From assembly GCA_050950765.1 (NCBI GenBank), contig JBMNIF010000002.1, forward strand, positions 832,001 through 896,000: a DNA stretch of 64,000 nucleotides, written 5' to 3'. This DNA is from Bdellovibrionota bacterium (GTDB taxonomy: Bacteria; Bdellovibrionota_C; UBA2361; JAAYZI01). The position numbers and the translations under genes are program-made. The notes under the pieces were generated by a model. That model was not told where the DNA came from, did not search any database, and saw nothing but the letters and a program-made list of their open reading frames with translations. This document shows positions 61,581-64,000 of this stretch, piece by piece. The first letter of the stretch is position 1. Each line of letters opens with the position of its first letter.

Positions 61581-61657
61581 GGGCGCTTAGCTCAGTTGGT
61601 TAGAGCGTTAGCCTTACAAGCTAAAAGTCACTGGTTCGAGGCCAGTAGCGCCCACCA
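61581..61657 (+). tRNA. tRNA-Val (TAC)
   Basis: GGGCGCT/AGCGCCC acceptor stem, TAGCTCAGTTGGTTAGAGC D-arm, anticodon loop CTTACAA, GGTTCGA T-arm, encoded CCA. Confidence 0.95.
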
Positions 61658-61800
61658 GTCGTAAATGCCAATCATTAAGTATCTCTCACTACTTCCTTTT
61701 AGACTAATTTCTTAATTCTACTAATAAATACCAAGTAGGGGAAATAATTTAGGTGGGTGGCACCATCTATCTACCACCCATTTGACGAGTTTTTCGATTT

Positions 61801-63999
61801 TTAACTAATTTCTTTTCTGATCTCCTTTGCTGCCTGCACTAGATGTTTAAGGCTAGGTACAGTTTCAGCATTTCCTCTCGTTTTCAGACCGCAATCAGGG
61901 TTAACCCACAACTTAGATGCTGGAATGGTTGCAAGCATTTTACGGAGTGCTGTCTTTATTTCTTCTACGCTTGGAATCCTCGGAGAGTGAATATCGTAAA
62001 CACCTGGACCGACCTCTGTTTTGAAATTACACTCTTTAAGTGCTGCCAATATCGTTAAATCAGAGCGTGATGCCTCAAAAGTTATTACATCTGCATCCAT
62101 ATTATCGATGTCTTTGATAATATCGCCGAATTCACTGTAACACATGTGTGTATGAATCTGCGTTTCCGGTTTAACACCGCTGTGAACCATCCTGAAGGCA
62201 GGGATCGCCCAATCGAGATATTCACTTTTCCAATCAGATTTGCGAAGCGGTAATTTTTCACGAAGAGCAGCTTCATCTATCTGGATAATTCTGATACCGT
62301 TTGCTTCAAGATCTAGCACTTCATCGCGGATGGCGAGACCGATTTGAAAAGCGCATTCTTTTAAGGAGATATCCTCACGTGGAAACGACCAATTGAGGAT
62401 AGTAACGGGTCCCGTTAACATACCTTTCATTGGTTTTTCTGTAAGACTTTGCGCATAGATCGACCACTCAACTGTCATCGGATTTCTTCTTGAAATATCC
62501 CCCCACACTACGGGTGGTTTTACGCAACGCGTACCATAGGACTGCACCCACGCTTTTTCGGTAAAAAGATATCCGTCAAGGCATTCTCCAAAATATTCAA
62601 CCATATCGTTGCGCTCAAATTCGCCATGAACGAGGACATCAAGTCCGATCTGTTCCTGTAATTTGATGCATTCTGAAATTTTCATCTTGTTGAATTCTTT
62701 ATACTGCGTCTCCGAAATCTCTCCTTTCTTAAATAAAGAACGATTTGCTTTGACATCTGTTGTTTGAGGAAATGAGCCGATAGTCGTTGTTGGCAACAAT
62801 GGTAAATTAAAAATCTTTTTTTGAATTGTTTCACGTTCTGCAAAAGCTGGAAGCCTTGTGAAGTCCTTATCTGTCAACGCAGCAACCTTTTTCTGGACAC
62901 TTTCGTTTGTGCAATCTCTCTGTTCTGCAAAAAGAGAAGTGTTATGGAGATACTCTTTTTCGTTTATTGGATTGGAAGATTGTATAATTGATTTCAATTC
63001 TGAAAGTTCCGTCAATTTTTCAACAGCAAACGAAAAATGCTTCTTATATTTATCAGCGAGTTTTGTTTCATTATCGAGAGTGTACGGGACATGTAGGAGC
63101 GAACATGATGTGTTTAAAATAATATTGTCGCAGTGACTTCGTAGTTCATCTATGATCTTCAGGGTTTTTAAATAATTATTGCGCCAGATGTTTTTACCAT
63201 TAATAATTCCCGCAAAGAGGGCTTTTTCAGTAGGAAAACCGTATTTTGTTACGAGGGAGAGCGATTGCTTCCCTTCAATAAAATCAAGTCCTATCCCGTC
63301 AAAATTAAGTTTCGTTATTGTTTCATAACAATCTCGGACATCTCCAAAATAGGTTTGTAGTAAAACTTTAACAGCACCTTTAGAACTAAGAATTTTACTG
63401 TAGAGTGATTCGAAAAGCACAATATCTTCATCTGTTAAATCTTGGACAAGGAAAGGCTCATCGAACTGCACCCACTGTGCTCCGAGGGTGTTAAACTTCA
63501 CAATAATTTCGGAGTATGCTTTTGCAACGGCATCGGCAAAATCTAAGGCGCTCTTAACCCCTGTAAAGCGCGTCAATTTTAAAAATGTAAACGCACCGAC
63601 TATTACAGGTTTTGTAATTAATCCTTGTTCTTTTGCTTCGATAAATTCATCAAATGGTTTTGTACCAACCAGCTTAATCTCCGAACAGTCGTCAATTTCA
63701 GGAACGATATAATGATAGTTAGTGTTAAACCATTTCTTCATGGCGAGTGCTTTCACATCGCCGTTTTCGCCTTGATAACCTTTTCCGGCAGCAAAATACG
63801 TGTCAAGTGAAGATAAGTTTAGTGCCTTGTACCTTTCAGGAATAACGTTCAATAAAAAAGCAGTATCGAGCGTATTGTCATAATAAGAAAAGTCGTTCGA
63901 AGTGATTAGGTCGAGCCTGCCGCTCTGTTGGACGTTCCAGTGAGCACGACGAAGAGCCTTCGCAGTTTGCTCGAGACTTTCTGCTGTTATTTCACTTTT
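61801..63999 (-). CDS. metE: Cobalamin-independent methionine synthase (5' end beyond the window)
   Basis: [57 protein letters not shown]; frame stays open to the window end. Confidence 0.96.
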   Translation of the reverse strand, partial: KSEITAESLEQTAKALRRAHWNVQQSGRLDLITSNDFSYYDNTLDTAFLLNVIPERYKALNLSSLDTYFAAGKGYQGENGDVKALAMKKWFNTNYHYIVPEIDDCSEIKLVGTKPFDEFIEAKEQGLITKPVIVGAFTFLKLTRFTGVKSALDFADAVAKAYSEIIVKFNTLGAQWVQFDEPFLVQDLTDEDIVLFESLYSKILSSKGAVKVLLQTYFGDVRDCYETITKLNFDGIGLDFIEGKQSLSLVTKYGFPTEKALFAGIINGKNIWRNNYLKTLKIIDELRSHCDNIILNTSCSLLHVPYTLDNETKLADKYKKHFSFAVEKLTELSELKSIIQSSNPINEKEYLHNTSLFAEQRDCTNESVQKKVAALTDKDFTRLPAFAERETIQKKIFNLPLLPTTTIGSFPQTTDVKANRSLFKKGEISETQYKEFNKMKISECIKLQEQIGLDVLVHGEFERNDMVEYFGECLDGYLFTEKAWVQSYGTRCVKPPVVWGDISRRNPMTVEWSIYAQSLTEKPMKGMLTGPVTILNWSFPREDISLKECAFQIGLAIRDEVLDLEANGIRIIQIDEAALREKLPLRKSDWKSEYLDWAIPAFRMVHSGVKPETQIHTHMCYSEFGDIIKDIDNMDADVITFEASRSDLTILAALKECNFKTEVGPGVYDIHSPRIPSVEEIKTALRKMLATIPASKLWVNPDCGLKTRGNAETVPSLKHLVQAAKEIRKEIS

Positions 64000-64000
64000 A

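Noticed and set aside
61651..61658. tRNA 3' end CCCACCAG matching the REP tail, suggesting a tRNA origin or att site
   Set aside because: An 8-bp match is too short to support the claim
2069..63810. Numerous 60-180 aa antisense or overlapping ORFs in the track
   Set aside because: They lie opposite or within well-supported genes and have no motifs; treated as shadow ORFs

Overview
Bacterial chromosomal segment. It is AT-rich by eye and G-rich on the + strand. Gene content and order resemble a deltaproteobacteria-like lineage (Bdellovibrionota/SAR324/Myxococcota-type); this taxonomy is inference. Housekeeping genes: pssA, pgi, rmuC, fabG-acpP-nrdR-ribE-ribBA, mtnN, nuoCD-E-F, tig-clpP-clpX-lon, tRNA-Val(TAC) and a partial metE. 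Accessory content includes a DUF58-transglutaminase-TPR-MoxR operon, large secreted Cys-rich repeat proteins sharing a basic C-terminal domain, two divergent DUF4091/GH123-like proteins and a complete IS1634-family element with a 6-bp target duplication. Four signals stand out. (1) A RAYT (HUH Y1) gene with about 25 copies of a GGGTGGCACCA REP motif, mostly in head-to-tail modular arrays, plus a tandem duplication that captures the RAYT gene's own 3' end. (2) A Cas4-like Fe-S nuclease split into two genes, each with a membrane anchor, with no CRISPR locus in the window. (3) Three sigma28-like promoters, one upstream of a sensor-less sigma54 activator, plus a sigma54 promoter. (4) A 6x ~45-bp intergenic array and recurrent ~45/~78-bp tandem duplications at gene ends. 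All calls come from reading motifs by eye; no database searches were run.
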